The position numbers were made by a program, and so were the translations under genes. A DNA stretch of 64,000 nucleotides. Origin: Patescibacteria group bacterium. Its GTDB lineage: Bacteria; Patescibacteriota; Microgenomatia; UBA10105; UBA927. The stretch's first letter is position 1, and each line of letters starts with the position of its first letter. The notes under the pieces were generated by a model. The model searched no databases. It saw nothing but the letters and a program-made list of their open reading frames with translations, and was not told the origin of the DNA. Location: positions 9,231-73,230 of the forward strand of contig JAHJMO010000002.1 in NCBI GenBank assembly GCA_018821245.1, given 5' to 3'. Positions 48,685 to 58,931 of this stretch are shown in pieces.

Positions 48685-49142
48685 GAATTATGCACGACTC
48701 CCTTTATGCCATCTACTATAACAGTCCCACCTGCTTTTTCAATAGCGATTTTTGCAGCTTTTGAACAATGAATGTGTACGACTAACGCTGTCTCAAGCAT
48801 TGCGCTGCCGAGTATTTTTACATTCGTGGTGTTTGGGTTGATAAGCTTATGTTCTTTGAGTTTTGCTATCGTAACATCCGTACCTTTCGGAAAAACATGT
48901 AATGCGGCAACCGATAAAGGGTACGGCTTGACACCTCTGGCTTTATTACGGCCTTTCCCCCGTAAGAACGGAAGCCGTTTAATGAGAGGTAATTGACCGC
49001 CTTCAAAACCCGCAGCAATGGTACCGCGCGCTTTTTGTCCTTTGGTACCGCGACCTGCAGTCTTTGCCTTCCCTGAGCCATATCCGCGGCCAAGGCGCTT
49101 TTTGGAATACGTTACTGTTTTTGGTAATTGCGTAAGATTCAT
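48681..49142 (-). CDS. rplO: 50S ribosomal protein L15
   Basis: [18 protein letters not shown]. Confidence 0.97.
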   Translation of the reverse strand: MNLTQLPKTVTYSKKRLGRGYGSGKAKTAGRGTKGQKARGTIAAGFEGGQLPLIKRLPFLRGKGRNKARGVKPYPLSVAALHVFPKGTDVTIAKLKEHKLINPNTTNVKILGSAMLETALVVHIHCSKAAKIAIEKAGGTVIVDGIKGVVHNS

Positions 49143-49606
49143 ACTCTTGATACTTTAAAGCTTTTCAACGCTTCCATGGTTGCATATACGTTTGAAGCCT
49201 GGTTTTTGCTTCCTAATATTTTTGAGACGATGTCACGAATTCCTGCGGCTTCAACTACTGCCCGAACCGCTCCTCCTGCGATAACGCCGGTGCCGGGTGG
49301 TGCCGGCTTTAAAAGCACTTTTGCCGCGCCCCGCTTGACCCGTACTTCATGGGGAATCGTCGTATTCCTCAATGGGACCACGATGAAATGCTTTTTGGCG
49401 TATGCAACCGCCTTGCGTACGGCAGAAGAGACATCCGGCGCCCCACCGAGACCAACGCCGACTCTCCCCTTTTTGTCTCCGACAACGGCAAGCACGGAAA
49501 ATCCTATCTTATTTCCGCCTTTTGTTTTTTTCGATACGCGGTTGACTTGAACGATCTTTTCTTCAAATTCACTTGGCGGAAACTGCCCTCTTCTGGAAGC
49601 TAACAT
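49139..49606 (-). CDS. rpsE: 30S ribosomal protein S5
   Basis: [23 protein letters not shown]. Confidence 0.97.
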   Translation of the reverse strand: MLASRRGQFPPSEFEEKIVQVNRVSKKTKGGNKIGFSVLAVVGDKKGRVGVGLGGAPDVSSAVRKAVAYAKKHFIVVPLRNTTIPHEVRVKRGAAKVLLKPAPPGTGVIAGGAVRAVVEAAGIRDIVSKILGSKNQASNVYATMEALKSFKVSRV

Positions 49607-49929
49607 TGTATCCCTCCTTTACGTACCGCATCAACGAATTCTTTCACCGCGCCATGATAGCGGTATCCTCCGCGGTCAAACACAACGCGTGATATTTTTT
49701 TGATTTTAAGATTCTCCCCTACCTTCTGTCCAAGCGTCTTTGCAAGTTCCATATTCTTCCCATTTATATAAAATGAGGCCATAGTCGTCCCTTTGTCATC
49801 ATCGATAAGCTGCACATAAAGCTTTTTGCCGGAACGAAAAATAGACATCCTCGGCCGTTGTTTCGTACCGTGAACTTTCATTTTTATACGCAACTTTCTT
49901 TTTGCCCGTAACTCCCGTTTTGATCTCAT
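49600..49929 (-). CDS. rplR: 50S ribosomal protein L18
   Basis: [20 protein letters not shown]. Confidence 0.96.
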   Translation of the reverse strand: MRSKRELRAKRKLRIKMKVHGTKQRPRMSIFRSGKKLYVQLIDDDKGTTMASFYINGKNMELAKTLGQKVGENLKIKKISRVVFDRGGYRYHGAVKEFVDAVRKGGIQC

Positions 49930-49956
49930 ACGATATGCCTCCAGAAAAGGTATTCT

Positions 49957-50523
49957 TTAGGCGGCTCCTCCCGCACCGACTGCTTTCGCCGCTTTTCCTG
50001 CTTTTTTGCGAATATGCTCTCCTTCATACTTAATGCCTTTTCCTTTATAAGGCTCGGGTTTTTTGTATGCTCTGATCGTTGCCGCTACTTGCCCTACTAT
50101 ATGTTTATCTGCTCCGTTGATCATAATTTTCCCTTCTGTCACTGTAAACGTTATGCCGGCAGTGGGAATAATAACGATCGGATGAGAAAACCCCACAGTC
50201 AACGTCAGATTATTGCCGGAAAGGCTCGCGCGATATCCCACGCCGGACAGTTCAAGCGTCTTAGACCAGCCTTTTGTAATTCCGACAATATCATTGGCAA
50301 TGACAGCCCTAATCATGCCGTGCAATGCCCGCTGTTTTTTGTTCTTTTTGTTTTCCGTTTCTTTTATGACAGTAAGGGTATCTCCATCCAGTCGTATACT
50401 AATCCCGGGCGGAACAGTCCGGGACAATTCGCCTTTCGGCCCTTTTACCACGACGCGACGTTCTTGTATGTCCACTGTTACTCCTTCCGGAACTGTAATT
50501 GGTGTATCTCCTATGCGTGACAT
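49957..50523 (-). CDS. rplF: 50S ribosomal protein L6
   Basis: MSRIG, PEPYKGKGI. Confidence 0.97.
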   Translation of the reverse strand: MSRIGDTPITVPEGVTVDIQERRVVVKGPKGELSRTVPPGISIRLDGDTLTVIKETENKKNKKQRALHGMIRAVIANDIVGITKGWSKTLELSGVGYRASLSGNNLTLTVGFSHPIVIIPTAGITFTVTEGKIMINGADKHIVGQVAATIRAYKKPEPYKGKGIKYEGEHIRKKAGKAAKAVGAGGAA

Positions 50524-50534
50524 ATGATTCTTAC

Positions 50535-50927
50535 CTACCAAACGGTACAAAGTAATTCTCCGCCGATTCCGCGCTTCCATGCTTCTTTGCCTGTCATGAT
50601 CCCTTGTGGAGTAGATACAATCGATATTCCGGTTCCACCCATAACCGTAGGGATCTTATACTTAGTCACGTAGCAACGAAGACCGGGTTTACTGACGCGC
50701 TTAACGTTTGTCAGCACGGGCACCTTGCCCTCATACGATAATTTCAGGCGCAATAATTCCTTCGGTTTGCTACCGATTTTTTCCACAGAATCCAAATACT
50801 GTTCCTGCTGGAAAATTCTGGCAACAGCCGCTTTCATATTGGAGTGCGGAAGCTCCACTATCTCCTTACCCGCGCAAGCGGCATTTTTGATCTGTATTAT
50901 CATGTCACCGATTGAATCATGCATCAT
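50535..50927 (-). CDS. rpsH: 30S ribosomal protein S8
   Basis: DSIGDMIIQIKNA, SKPGLR, GGELLC. Confidence 0.96.
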   Translation of the reverse strand: MMHDSIGDMIIQIKNAACAGKEIVELPHSNMKAAVARIFQQEQYLDSVEKIGSKPKELLRLKLSYEGKVPVLTNVKRVSKPGLRCYVTKYKIPTVMGGTGISIVSTPQGIMTGKEAWKRGIGGELLCTVW

Positions 50928-50930
50928 AGG

Positions 50931-51116
50931 TTACCATGACGCTTTCACAACACCAGGAAGTTCTCCTTTGTGTGCAAGCTGTCGAAAACAAATACGGCAC
51001 AAGCTAAATTTCCGCATATATCCGCGTGACCGACCGCATAACGCGCACCGGTTGCGATGACGAACCGCGAATTTCTGCTTTTTATGAAACTTAACAATGT
51101 CTGATGTTTTTGCCAT
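50931..51116 (-). CDS. rpsN: 30S ribosomal protein S14 (zinc-binding type Z)
   Basis: RCALCGR...CRICFR...PGVVKASW. Confidence 0.97.
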   Translation of the reverse strand: MAKTSDIVKFHKKQKFAVRHRNRCALCGRSRGYMRKFSLCRICFRQLAHKGELPGVVKASW

Positions 51117-51118
51117 AG

Positions 51119-51682
51119 TTATTTCTTCGCACCGGCGGGCTGACCTTTCTCAAAAGGTATACCCAGCATCTGTAACAGCGTTTTTGCCTGACTGTCGGTA
51201 TGCGCTGACGTAACGAATGTCACTTCAAATCCCCGGAGTTTATCTATTAATCGGTATTCAAGCTCCGGAAATATAGTTTGCTCAGTGATCCCTAGTGTAT
51301 AATTTCCTTTCCCGTCAAAACTTTTGTCCGATACGCCCCGAAAGTCGCGCACACGCGGAAGAGCTATTGTAACTAATTTTGTAAGAAAATCAAACATTCT
51401 TCTGCCGCGCAATGTAGCCTTCAGCCCGATAGCGTCTCCTGCCCTCAATTTAAATGTAGATATCGCGCGTTTTGCACGGGTGATCGCGGGCCTCTGACCG
51501 GCTATAACCGCTAATTGATCTTGCATTTTTTCCAAAACTTTTTTGTCGGCAAGGGCTTCTCCCATACTGCAATGTATGACGATTTTTAACAATTTAGGTA
51601 CCATCAATACATTAGCAACGTTCATTTCACGCATCATCTGCGGTACGATTTCTTTACGGTATTTTTCTACTATATCTTCCAT
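51119..51682 (-). CDS. rplE: 50S ribosomal protein L5
   Basis: [19 protein letters not shown]. Confidence 0.97.
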   Translation of the reverse strand: MEDIVEKYRKEIVPQMMREMNVANVLMVPKLLKIVIHCSMGEALADKKVLEKMQDQLAVIAGQRPAITRAKRAISTFKLRAGDAIGLKATLRGRRMFDFLTKLVTIALPRVRDFRGVSDKSFDGKGNYTLGITEQTIFPELEYRLIDKLRGFEVTFVTSAHTDSQAKTLLQMLGIPFEKGQPAGAKK

Positions 51683-51684
51683 AT

Positions 51685-51990
51685 TTATATTTTTTGATCA
51701 CACTTTCGACAGATACGCACTTTCTCGTTTTTAGCCTTCAGAAATCCTACCCGGGTCGCTACGTGGCAGGACGGGCATAGTAACGCAACTTTGGCTGCCG
51801 AAATGGGCTTAGTAACATCGATAATCCCGCCCTGGTTACTCTCGTCTTTCCTTTTGACATGCCGTTTATAGACATTTACTCCGTTTATGAGCAAGGTATT
51901 ATCTTTGGGAAAAATTTTCTCTATTTTCCCCTTTTTCCCTTTATCTTTACCGATGCTCACGATAACAGTGTCTCCTTTTTTGAGTTTCAT
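51685..51990 (-). CDS. rplX: 50S ribosomal protein L24
   Basis: KKGDTV...GKDKGKKG. Confidence 0.96.
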   Translation of the reverse strand: MKLKKGDTVIVSIGKDKGKKGKIEKIFPKDNTLLINGVNVYKRHVKRKDESNQGGIIDVTKPISAAKVALLCPSCHVATRVGFLKAKNEKVRICRKCDQKI

Positions 51991-52010
51991 ACTATGTTGA
52001 CCATTTTCGG

Positions 52011-52385
52011 TTAATACACTTCCTCCGCAAGGCTGGTAATTTTGTCAAATCCGCGTTCTTTAAGTTCGCGGGCAATGGGACCAAATATCCGTGTGCCCCT
52101 CGGATTCTTGTCTTTCTGGTTGTCTATAACCACTCCGGCATTATCATCGAATCGAATATAGGATCCGTCCCCACGACGGTGCTCTTTGCGTGTGCGTACG
52201 ATAACCACCGGAACAAGCTCGTCATCTTTCACAATGCCACGCGGGTCAGCCTGTTGTACGACGCACTGTACGATATCACCGACGTAAGCAAATCGCCTTT
52301 TTGAGGCGCCGTAGATGTGGATAACCTTCATCTTCTGTACGCCTGAATTATCTGCTGCTATCAATCGTGTTTGTCGTTGTATCAT
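52011..52385 (-). CDS. rplN: 50S ribosomal protein L14
   Basis: ADNSG, RFDDNA, GTRIFGP. Confidence 0.97.
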   Translation of the reverse strand: MIQRQTRLIAADNSGVQKMKVIHIYGASKRRFAYVGDIVQCVVQQADPRGIVKDDELVPVVIVRTRKEHRRGDGSYIRFDDNAGVVIDNQKDKNPRGTRIFGPIARELKERGFDKITSLAEEVY

Positions 52386-52399
52386 ACGAACTTCCTATA

Positions 52400-52642
52400 T
52401 TAGCTTTTTGTCAGTATTAAAAAATGTTTTGTTTTGCTTATCGGTCTTGTTTCTATTATCTTCACTTGATCACCGACGTGTAATTCGATCTTTTCATAGT
52501 GCACAGGAAACCGTTTTGTAATGCGCATTGATTTTTTATATAAAGGGTGTCGGATCGTATGGGCAACCGCCACAATAACAGTATTCTGAGTCTTAACCGA
52601 CACGACCTTCCCCTCATACGTCTTCCTGTTTATACGTTTCAT
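52400..52642 (-). CDS. rpsQ: 30S ribosomal protein S17
   Basis: GKVVS, HPLYKK, ETRPISKTK. Confidence 0.95.
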   Translation of the reverse strand: MKRINRKTYEGKVVSVKTQNTVIVAVAHTIRHPLYKKSMRITKRFPVHYEKIELHVGDQVKIIETRPISKTKHFLILTKS

Positions 52643-52872
52643 AATTCTATTCCTTTTGTCCCTTTCTTCCTGGCTTCGAGTTGTTTGTTGCACGCTATAC
52701 TTTTTGCCACTGCTATCTCCTGCCGCATAAACTTAAACGCACGGACATTTTTGACGGGCTTAGTGTGACCTGCAATTTGCGATGTTGCGATTTTTTCTTC
52801 TAATCCTGTAATATGCGTCTGCAATTGATTTGCCTGCATCGCACGGAACGCTTCTTTTGATTTTTTCTTCAT
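52639..52872 (-). CDS. rpmC: 50S ribosomal protein L29 (divergent)
   Basis: Position between rplP and rpsQ; KNVRAFKFMRQEIAVAK. Confidence 0.8.
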   Translation of the reverse strand: MKKKSKEAFRAMQANQLQTHITGLEEKIATSQIAGHTKPVKNVRAFKFMRQEIAVAKSIACNKQLEARKKGTKGIEL

Positions 52873-52877
52873 ATATG

Positions 52878-53285
52878 TTAGTCCCTTATGACAAACTTTG
52901 TACGGACGGACAGCTTTGCCGCTGCCAACCGTAAAGCTTCTTTTGCCTGATCGGGGCTTACGCCTGACATCTCGAATAATACACGCCCCGGCTTAACGAC
53001 AGCAACATATTCGTATACGTCTCCCTTTCCGCTTCCCATGCGCGTTTCCGGAGGCTTTTTTGTGATAGGTTTGTCCGGAAAAATTCGGATCCAAACTCTT
53101 CCACCCCTCCTGATCGAGTGAGTGAGAGCTCGTCTGGCTGCTTCTATCTGACGACTTGTAACCCATCCCGCAGAAAATGCCTTAAGCCCATATTCACCAA
53201 AGTCCACTCGTGTCCCACGACTCGCTTTACCGCGTCGTTTACCGCGAAATACTTTGCGATATTTAGCTCGTTTTGGTGCCAACAT
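52878..53285 (-). CDS. rplP: 50S ribosomal protein L16
   Basis: [26 protein letters not shown]. Confidence 0.98.
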   Translation of the reverse strand: MLAPKRAKYRKVFRGKRRGKASRGTRVDFGEYGLKAFSAGWVTSRQIEAARRALTHSIRRGGRVWIRIFPDKPITKKPPETRMGSGKGDVYEYVAVVKPGRVLFEMSGVSPDQAKEALRLAAAKLSVRTKFVIRD

Positions 53286-53318
53286 AAAATAAATAAGTAG
53301 CTAAGCTACTAATCATCT

Positions 53319-53999
53319 TCATTGTTTTCTACAAATCCAAACTTTTACCCCAATGTATCCTGATTTCGTCAGCGCAGGCACTTCTGCATAATCGATGCGT
53401 TCCCGAATGGTAGAAAGCGGGACTGAACCTGCTTTGTATTTTTCTTTCCGGGAAATCTCCGCACCAGCTATACGCCCGGCAAGCATAATACGTATTCCTT
53501 TTGCGCCTGACGCCATAACACGATCCAGTGTTTGATTGCATACCCGCTTATGGTGGATACGACGCGCCAATTGATCTGTGATATTCACCGCTACCAAATA
53601 TGCATTCAGATTCGGATCTTTTACCGGTTCTACGGATAATTCTACTTTTGTTTTGTTCAAAGGAGGCATATTCGATGATATCTGACTACCCGATCCTTTG
53701 GGTGGCTGAGCTTGAATAAATTTTTCAATAAACTTTTTTACCTCTTCAAGGCCGGATCCTCCACGTCCTATTACAACTCCCGGTCGGGATACGTGCAATA
53801 TAATCTTTACTTTATTGATAGATCGCTCTATCTCTACTTGTGCCAATCCTGCTGTTTTTAGTCTGATAAACAGCTCCCGACGCAGTCGCACGTCCTCCAG
53901 AAGAAGCTCACCATATCGTCTGCCATGGGCAAACCAGCGGGATCCCCAGGTAAATACCGGGCCTAATCGAAATCCGTGCGGATGTATTTTTTGTCCCAT
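53319..53999 (-). CDS. rpsC: 30S ribosomal protein S3
   Basis: MGQKIHPHGFRLG, RPGVVIGRGG, GVKVWI. Confidence 0.97.
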   Translation of the reverse strand: MGQKIHPHGFRLGPVFTWGSRWFAHGRRYGELLLEDVRLRRELFIRLKTAGLAQVEIERSINKVKIILHVSRPGVVIGRGGSGLEEVKKFIEKFIQAQPPKGSGSQISSNMPPLNKTKVELSVEPVKDPNLNAYLVAVNITDQLARRIHHKRVCNQTLDRVMASGAKGIRIMLAGRIAGAEISRKEKYKAGSVPLSTIRERIDYAEVPALTKSGYIGVKVWICRKQ

Positions 54000-54022
54000 A
54001 TACATCAATTAAATCTACTAAT

Positions 54023-54358
54023 CTACTGCTGTTCATCGGTCAATATCACTTTCACGTGGGTCATGCGCTTTTTGTACGCATGCGCCATTCCCCTGGACAC
54101 AGCATGCCACCGTTTCATTACCGGCCCCCCCATGACATCAATTTTTTTGAAAAACAGCGGGCCTGTGTTTTTTTGTTTTTGCTTGGCATTGGCGATAGCT
54201 GAAGCGATCACCTTTAACAATGGTTGTGCTGCGCTTTTCGGAAGTGCCCCTAGAGCCGTGATTGCATCTTGCGGCATCAAAGATCGGATGCTATCGGCTA
54301 CAAGCCTCATTTTTCTTGTACTTATCCTCAAATATTTCGCTGTTGCGGTATATTCCAT
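54023..54358 (-). CDS. rplV: 50S ribosomal protein L22
   Basis: RISTRKMRLVADSIR, SAIANA. Confidence 0.96.
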   Translation of the reverse strand: MEYTATAKYLRISTRKMRLVADSIRSLMPQDAITALGALPKSAAQPLLKVIASAIANAKQKQKNTGPLFFKKIDVMGGPVMKRWHAVSRGMAHAYKKRMTHVKVILTDEQQ

Positions 54359-54363
54359 ACTAT

Positions 54364-54648
54364 TTATGTTTTCTCTAATATTCGTTTTGTCACTTGCCCA
54401 TGACCGCGAAACGTGCGTGTTGGAGAAAATTCTCCAAGACGATGCCCCACCATGGATTCCGTCACAAAAATTTCCTGAAATATCCTTCCGTTATGTACAG
54501 CAAAACGATGACCGACAAACTCCGGTGGGATCGTGCAATTTCTCGCCCATGTTTTTATCGGTGATCGATCCCCTCCTGACTTCTGTTTATATACCTTTAT
54601 CGATAATTTTTTGTCTATATACGGTCCCTTTGAGCTACTTCTGGACAT
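54364..54648 (-). CDS. rpsS: 30S ribosomal protein S19
   Basis: MSRSSSKGPY, MVGHRLGEFSPTR. Confidence 0.98.
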   Translation of the reverse strand: MSRSSSKGPYIDKKLSIKVYKQKSGGDRSPIKTWARNCTIPPEFVGHRFAVHNGRIFQEIFVTESMVGHRLGEFSPTRTFRGHGQVTKRILEKT

Positions 54649-54649
54649 G

Positions 54650-55405
54650 TTATTTTCCCCTTTCTACGATGATTGCATTGCTGTACTTTTTTCGCTTTCT
54701 CGTCTTTTTTCCGAGCGTCGGTTTGCCCCATGGGCTCTTCGGGGAAGGCATTCCTATACCGCTTCTCCCCTCTCCGCCTCCGTGAGGATGCGAACCCGGA
54801 TGCTGTGCCACTCCTCTTACTGTAGGTCTTTTTCCTAGATTCCTGTTTCGCCCGGCTTTACCAATAACCCTATTCTTCCAGTCCGCATTCCCTATTTGCC
54901 CCACCGTTGCTCTACAATTTTCATGAAATACCCGAATTTCGCCGGACGGAAGCTTTAATTGCACACTACTGCCGTCCTTAGATAAAACAGTTGCGGCACT
55001 ACCTGCGCTTCGCATCATCTGTGCTCCAGATCCGGGACGTATCTCAAGATTGTGAACAACAGTCCCTGCAGGAATATAACGGAGCTTGAGACAATTACCC
55101 ATCTGAACAGAAGCTTCTTTGCCTGAAACAATAGTTGTTCCTATTTTGAGCCCCAAAGGTGCAATAATATACCGCTTGTCACCGTCAGTATAATGCAAGA
55201 GTGCAATTTGAGCGGATCGGTTCGGATCGTACTCTATGCTAACTACGTGAGCTTTAACATTTTCTTTATCTCTCTTCCAGTCTATGATCCGATAGAATCG
55301 CTTGTGTCTCCCTCCTTGATGCCGTACTGCAACATGACCCTGATTGTCCCGTCCGGACTGCTTAGGCAAAATTGTATATAATCGTTTTGTTATCTTGGGT
55401 TGCAT
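54650..55405 (-). CDS. rplB: 50S ribosomal protein L2 (short N-terminus)
   Basis: IEYDPNRSA, RPTVRGVA, HPHGGGEG. Confidence 0.96.
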   Translation of the reverse strand: MQPKITKRLYTILPKQSGRDNQGHVAVRHQGGRHKRFYRIIDWKRDKENVKAHVVSIEYDPNRSAQIALLHYTDGDKRYIIAPLGLKIGTTIVSGKEASVQMGNCLKLRYIPAGTVVHNLEIRPGSGAQMMRSAGSAATVLSKDGSSVQLKLPSGEIRVFHENCRATVGQIGNADWKNRVIGKAGRNRNLGKRPTVRGVAQHPGSHPHGGGEGRSGIGMPSPKSPWGKPTLGKKTRKRKKYSNAIIVERGK

Positions 55406-55409
55406 ATTT

Positions 55410-55721
55410 TTACGCTTTCTTTGCTTGTTGAGTAGGCGCCGCTTCAAAGGCATCTATCGTTTGACCTGCCACAACTTCTACTAACGCTTTCTTACTCTTT
55501 GGGGCACGAATCACCATTCCTTTTTTTCCTACACGACGGGTTTTCCCATGCATTACAATCGTACGCACCTCTTTCACTTTTACCTTATAAACAGAAGCTA
55601 CGTCTTTGGCGATCTGTTGTTTATTTGCCCAAGTATGCACGGCAAATGTATACCACCTGTTTGATGCCAACCGCAATGTTTTTTCTGTCCGTAAAGGTTT
55701 GATAATACTCATTTGTTTCAT
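55410..55721 (-). CDS. rplW: 50S ribosomal protein L23
   Basis: IKPLRTEK, YTFAV..ANK, KKALV. Confidence 0.94.
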   Translation of the reverse strand: MKQMSIIKPLRTEKTLRLASNRWYTFAVHTWANKQQIAKDVASVYKVKVKEVRTIVMHGKTRRVGKKGMVIRAPKSKKALVEVVAGQTIDAFEAAPTQQAKKA

Positions 55722-55751
55722 ATGCAGTGCTTATACATCTATCCTGTCGCC

Positions 55752-56483
55752 TTACTTTTGGAGCCCTCGGCGATCAGTTCCCGGGGGATTCCCGACAAAC
55801 GTTTCTTGCAAAAGCGAAAGCGACTCCTTCATGAATAGTAGTTTTTTATGTGATAATACTGTGTATGCATGCAATTGAGATGCAGGCATATACTCAACGC
55901 CGGGGATATTGCGCACCGCACGAACGACCAATTCTGCCTCTTTTGGCGTAACCAATAATGCGGATGAGGGTACCTTCAACAAAAACAGCATGCGAGCTAT
56001 AGTTTTTGTTTTCAATGGTTGCGCTCCTAGCCCCTCCACAATAATGATATTGTTCTCTTGATATTGTTTCGTAAGAGCACTGGCAAGGGCGGCCCTGCGG
56101 AGTTTTTTGGATAAACCAAGCGTATAACGACGTGGTTTGGGTCCGAAAACAATACCGCCGCCAACAAATATCGGCGCACGGATTGATCCATGTCGGGCTC
56201 GTCCTGTACCTTTTTGGCGATAAATTTTGCTGGTAGAACCTTCTACCTCTCCTCGTGTTTTGGTAGAAGCCGTACCCCGCCTTTGATTAGCCAAGTAAAC
56301 CCGCACAGCTTGCGCAAGAAGTACCTCGACGACAGGTGCAGCAAAAAGATGTTTGGGCAAACGAACGGTTCCCTGCTTCTTCCCCTCGATATCAACCACC
56401 CCACAAGATAACAGACTCGTCGCTGCGGACTTTGATACCGCTTTTTCTGACTTTTTCTGATCAGCTCGTTTTGTATTCGGCAT
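55752..56483 (-). CDS. rplD: 50S ribosomal protein L4
   Basis: [29 protein letters not shown]. Confidence 0.97.
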   Translation of the reverse strand: MPNTKRADQKKSEKAVSKSAATSLLSCGVVDIEGKKQGTVRLPKHLFAAPVVEVLLAQAVRVYLANQRRGTASTKTRGEVEGSTSKIYRQKGTGRARHGSIRAPIFVGGGIVFGPKPRRYTLGLSKKLRRAALASALTKQYQENNIIIVEGLGAQPLKTKTIARMLFLLKVPSSALLVTPKEAELVVRAVRNIPGVEYMPASQLHAYTVLSHKKLLFMKESLSLLQETFVGNPPGTDRRGLQK

Positions 56484-56486
56484 ATC

Positions 56487-57122
56487 TTATTTGATTTCCT
56501 TACTAATCAACAGTAAACAGCCTTTCGGTCCGGGAACTAATCCTTCCACTACCATGGTGTGATTTGAGGCGTCTACGCGAACGATTTTTAATCCACGCAC
56601 AGTCACACGATCTCCTCCCATGCGTCCGGCCATACGCTTACCGCGATATACCCTTCCCGGTGTAGTTGTTTGCCCGATAGACCCCGGCGCACGTTCACGA
56701 TCGGACTGTCCATGCGTTCTCGGCCCGCCGGCAAATCCATGACGCTTAACAACCCCGGCGAATCCTTTGCCCTTGGAAGTACCTACGACGCGCACAGAGT
56801 CCCCGGCAGAAAAAATATCTTCCGCTTGCACAATACTGCCCACCTTGCACGCTTCGTCCTTTGCATCCTGCCCGTATACCCTGACAGTACGCAAAAAGCG
56901 GGGCTTTGTTTCCAACCCCGCTTTTTTATATTGACCAGTGTCCGGCTTATTCATGTGCTTGACGGTACCGAATGCAAGCCGAAGGCTCTGATAATTCTCT
57001 CTATTGCTTACGTCAGTAATCAAGCAAGGACCAGCCTGAATATAGGTCACCGGGATTCTGCGACCATCACTCGTAAACTCTTGAGATTGTTTTATTTTAG
57101 TTCCTACTATCGTATTGATCAT
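56487..57122 (-). CDS. rplC: 50S ribosomal protein L3
   Basis: GTSKGKGFAGVVKRHGF, RAPGSIG; start MINTIVG. Confidence 0.97.
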   Translation of the reverse strand: MINTIVGTKIKQSQEFTSDGRRIPVTYIQAGPCLITDVSNRENYQSLRLAFGTVKHMNKPDTGQYKKAGLETKPRFLRTVRVYGQDAKDEACKVGSIVQAEDIFSAGDSVRVVGTSKGKGFAGVVKRHGFAGGPRTHGQSDRERAPGSIGQTTTPGRVYRGKRMAGRMGGDRVTVRGLKIVRVDASNHTMVVEGLVPGPKGCLLLISKEIK

Positions 57123-57242
57123 ATGGTTAAAAACAAAAAGCGACCTCGGTTGAGGTCGTTTGCAACTCATCCGAGACTTTTGGTTTACTACATTGTAATC
57201 ATGATATGAGCTCTCGATTGCTCCATACCTACCATAAGTATA
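57123..57242 (-). promoter_or_regulatory. Promoter and structured leader upstream of rplC
   Basis: TATACT at 57242-57237; hairpin aaacgacctc-aacc-gaggtcgctt followed by a U tract. Confidence 0.55.
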
Positions 57243-57275
57243 CCAAAGTATCCCCCTAAATTCAAAAATGTCCAA

Positions 57276-57310
57276 TCTTATCGTCTTATAGTCTTATGGT
57301 CTTATAGTCT
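57276..57310. repeat. Octamer tandem repeat (GTCTTATN)
   Basis: tcttatc gtcttata gtcttatg gtcttata gtct. Confidence 0.75.
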
Positions 57311-57317
57311 CTTCGCC

Positions 57318-57626
57318 TCACATCTTCAGTTCTATATCAACGCCTGCCGGTAAATCCAAATGCATAAGTTGATCGATAGTTTTGTCTGTCGGTTCAATGA
57401 TGTCAACTAATCGCTTATGTGTCTTGATCATAAAATCTTCCCTGCTGTTTCGGTCAATAAAAGTGCTTCGTGCGACGTTAAAATGTTCTTTTCCCGTAGG
57501 AAGCGGCACCGGCCCTACGACTCGCGCACCGGTGCGTACTGCAGTATCCAATATTTTTTGACAGCAATCATCGATGATTCTACTGTCGTAAGCTTTTAAA
57601 CGTACACGTATTCGTCCTTTTGGCAT
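57318..57626 (-). CDS. rpsJ: 30S ribosomal protein S10
   Basis: RIRVRLKAYD, GPVPLPT, THKRLVDI. Confidence 0.97.
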   Translation of the reverse strand: MPKGRIRVRLKAYDSRIIDDCCQKILDTAVRTGARVVGPVPLPTGKEHFNVARSTFIDRNSREDFMIKTHKRLVDIIEPTDKTIDQLMHLDLPAGVDIELKM

Positions 57627-57670
57627 GCATTTTTACGATATCACTCTAGAGAGCCTTACTGTCAGGTCAC

Positions 57671-58858
57671 TTAAGCGATAATCTTGATAATAACTCCTGC
57701 TCCTACCGTGTGTCCACCTTCCCGAACAGCGAACCTCAAGCCCTCCTCAAGGGCTACCGGCACAATAAGCTTCACGGTCATCTTGGTGCTGTCTCCCGGC
57801 ATAACCATCTCAACACCGGCAGGGAGCGCTACTTCGCCGGTTACGTCTGTCGTCCCGATATAAAACTGCGGGCGGTATCCGGTGAAGAATGGTGTATGGC
57901 GACCACCTTCTTCTTTGGCCAATATATACACCTCTGCTTCAAACTCTGTATGAGGTTTGACGCTTCCCGTGGCTGCCAAAACCTGACCGCGTTCCACTTG
58001 ATTCTTTTCTATTCCTCGCAGAAGTACCCCGATATTATCCCCCGCCAAGCCTTCATCAAGAATTTTGCGGAACATCTCAACGCCGGTGACCACCGTCGAC
58101 TGTGTGGGTTTAATACCGACAATCTCAATCGTTTCATTGACCTTTACCTTACCGCGCGATACACGGCCGGTGACTACCGTTCCACGCCCCTTGATAGAAA
58201 AGACATCTTCTATGGGCATAAGGAATGGCTTATCCAAATCTCTTTTTGGTTCGGGTATATAGTCATCCACTGCTTTCATAAGCTCGTTAATGCTCTTTTC
58301 TGCTTCTGCTTCTCCCTGTAGCGCTTTTAAGGCTGAACCGCGTATGACCGGCACCTTATCTCCCGGAAAATTGTATTTGGTCAGAAGTTCACGCACTTCC
58401 ATTTCTACCAAATCCAGAAGCTCCTTATCCTGCACCATGTCAACTTTGTTCATAAAGACGACAATTGCCGGAACGTTGACCTGTTTGGCAAGAAGGATGT
58501 GCTCGCGGGTTTGCGGCATCGGTCCGTCCGGAGCCGATACGACAAGAATGGCCCCGTCCATCTGCGCAGCACCCGTAATCATGTTCTTGATGTAATCTGC
58601 GTGACCCGGAGCGTCTATGTGAGCATAATGCCTTTTCGCTGTTTCGTACTCCGAGTGGTGGATGTTGATGGTAACGCCCCTCGCTTTTTCCTCCGGCGCA
58701 TTATCTATCTCCTCATATTTCAAAGCTTTTGCCATGCCGGCTTTCGCAAGAACATGAGTAATTGCTGATGTAAGAGTGGTTTTGCCATGATCGACATGAC
58801 CGATGGTACCGATGTTTAAATGCGGTTTAGTCCGCGCAAACTTTTGCTGATCAGCCAT
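57671..58858 (-). CDS. tuf: Elongation factor Tu
   Basis: [24 protein letters not shown]. Confidence 0.99.
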   Translation of the reverse strand: MADQQKFARTKPHLNIGTIGHVDHGKTTLTSAITHVLAKAGMAKALKYEEIDNAPEEKARGVTINIHHSEYETAKRHYAHIDAPGHADYIKNMITGAAQMDGAILVVSAPDGPMPQTREHILLAKQVNVPAIVVFMNKVDMVQDKELLDLVEMEVRELLTKYNFPGDKVPVIRGSALKALQGEAEAEKSINELMKAVDDYIPEPKRDLDKPFLMPIEDVFSIKGRGTVVTGRVSRGKVKVNETIEIVGIKPTQSTVVTGVEMFRKILDEGLAGDNIGVLLRGIEKNQVERGQVLAATGSVKPHTEFEAEVYILAKEEGGRHTPFFTGYRPQFYIGTTDVTGEVALPAGVEMVMPGDSTKMTVKLIVPVALEEGLRFAVREGGHTVGAGVIIKIIA

Positions 58859-58931
58859 AAGCCCTCCTTAATTAACAAACAATAACAATACCCTCAACGT
58901 TTTCTCGTTGCTTGAAGCATTCTACCATACG

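Noticed and set aside
53976-54785. 269-aa plus-strand ORF and other long antisense ORFs over ribosomal genes and tuf
   Set aside because: Shadow frames of conserved minus-strand genes with no recognisable motifs.
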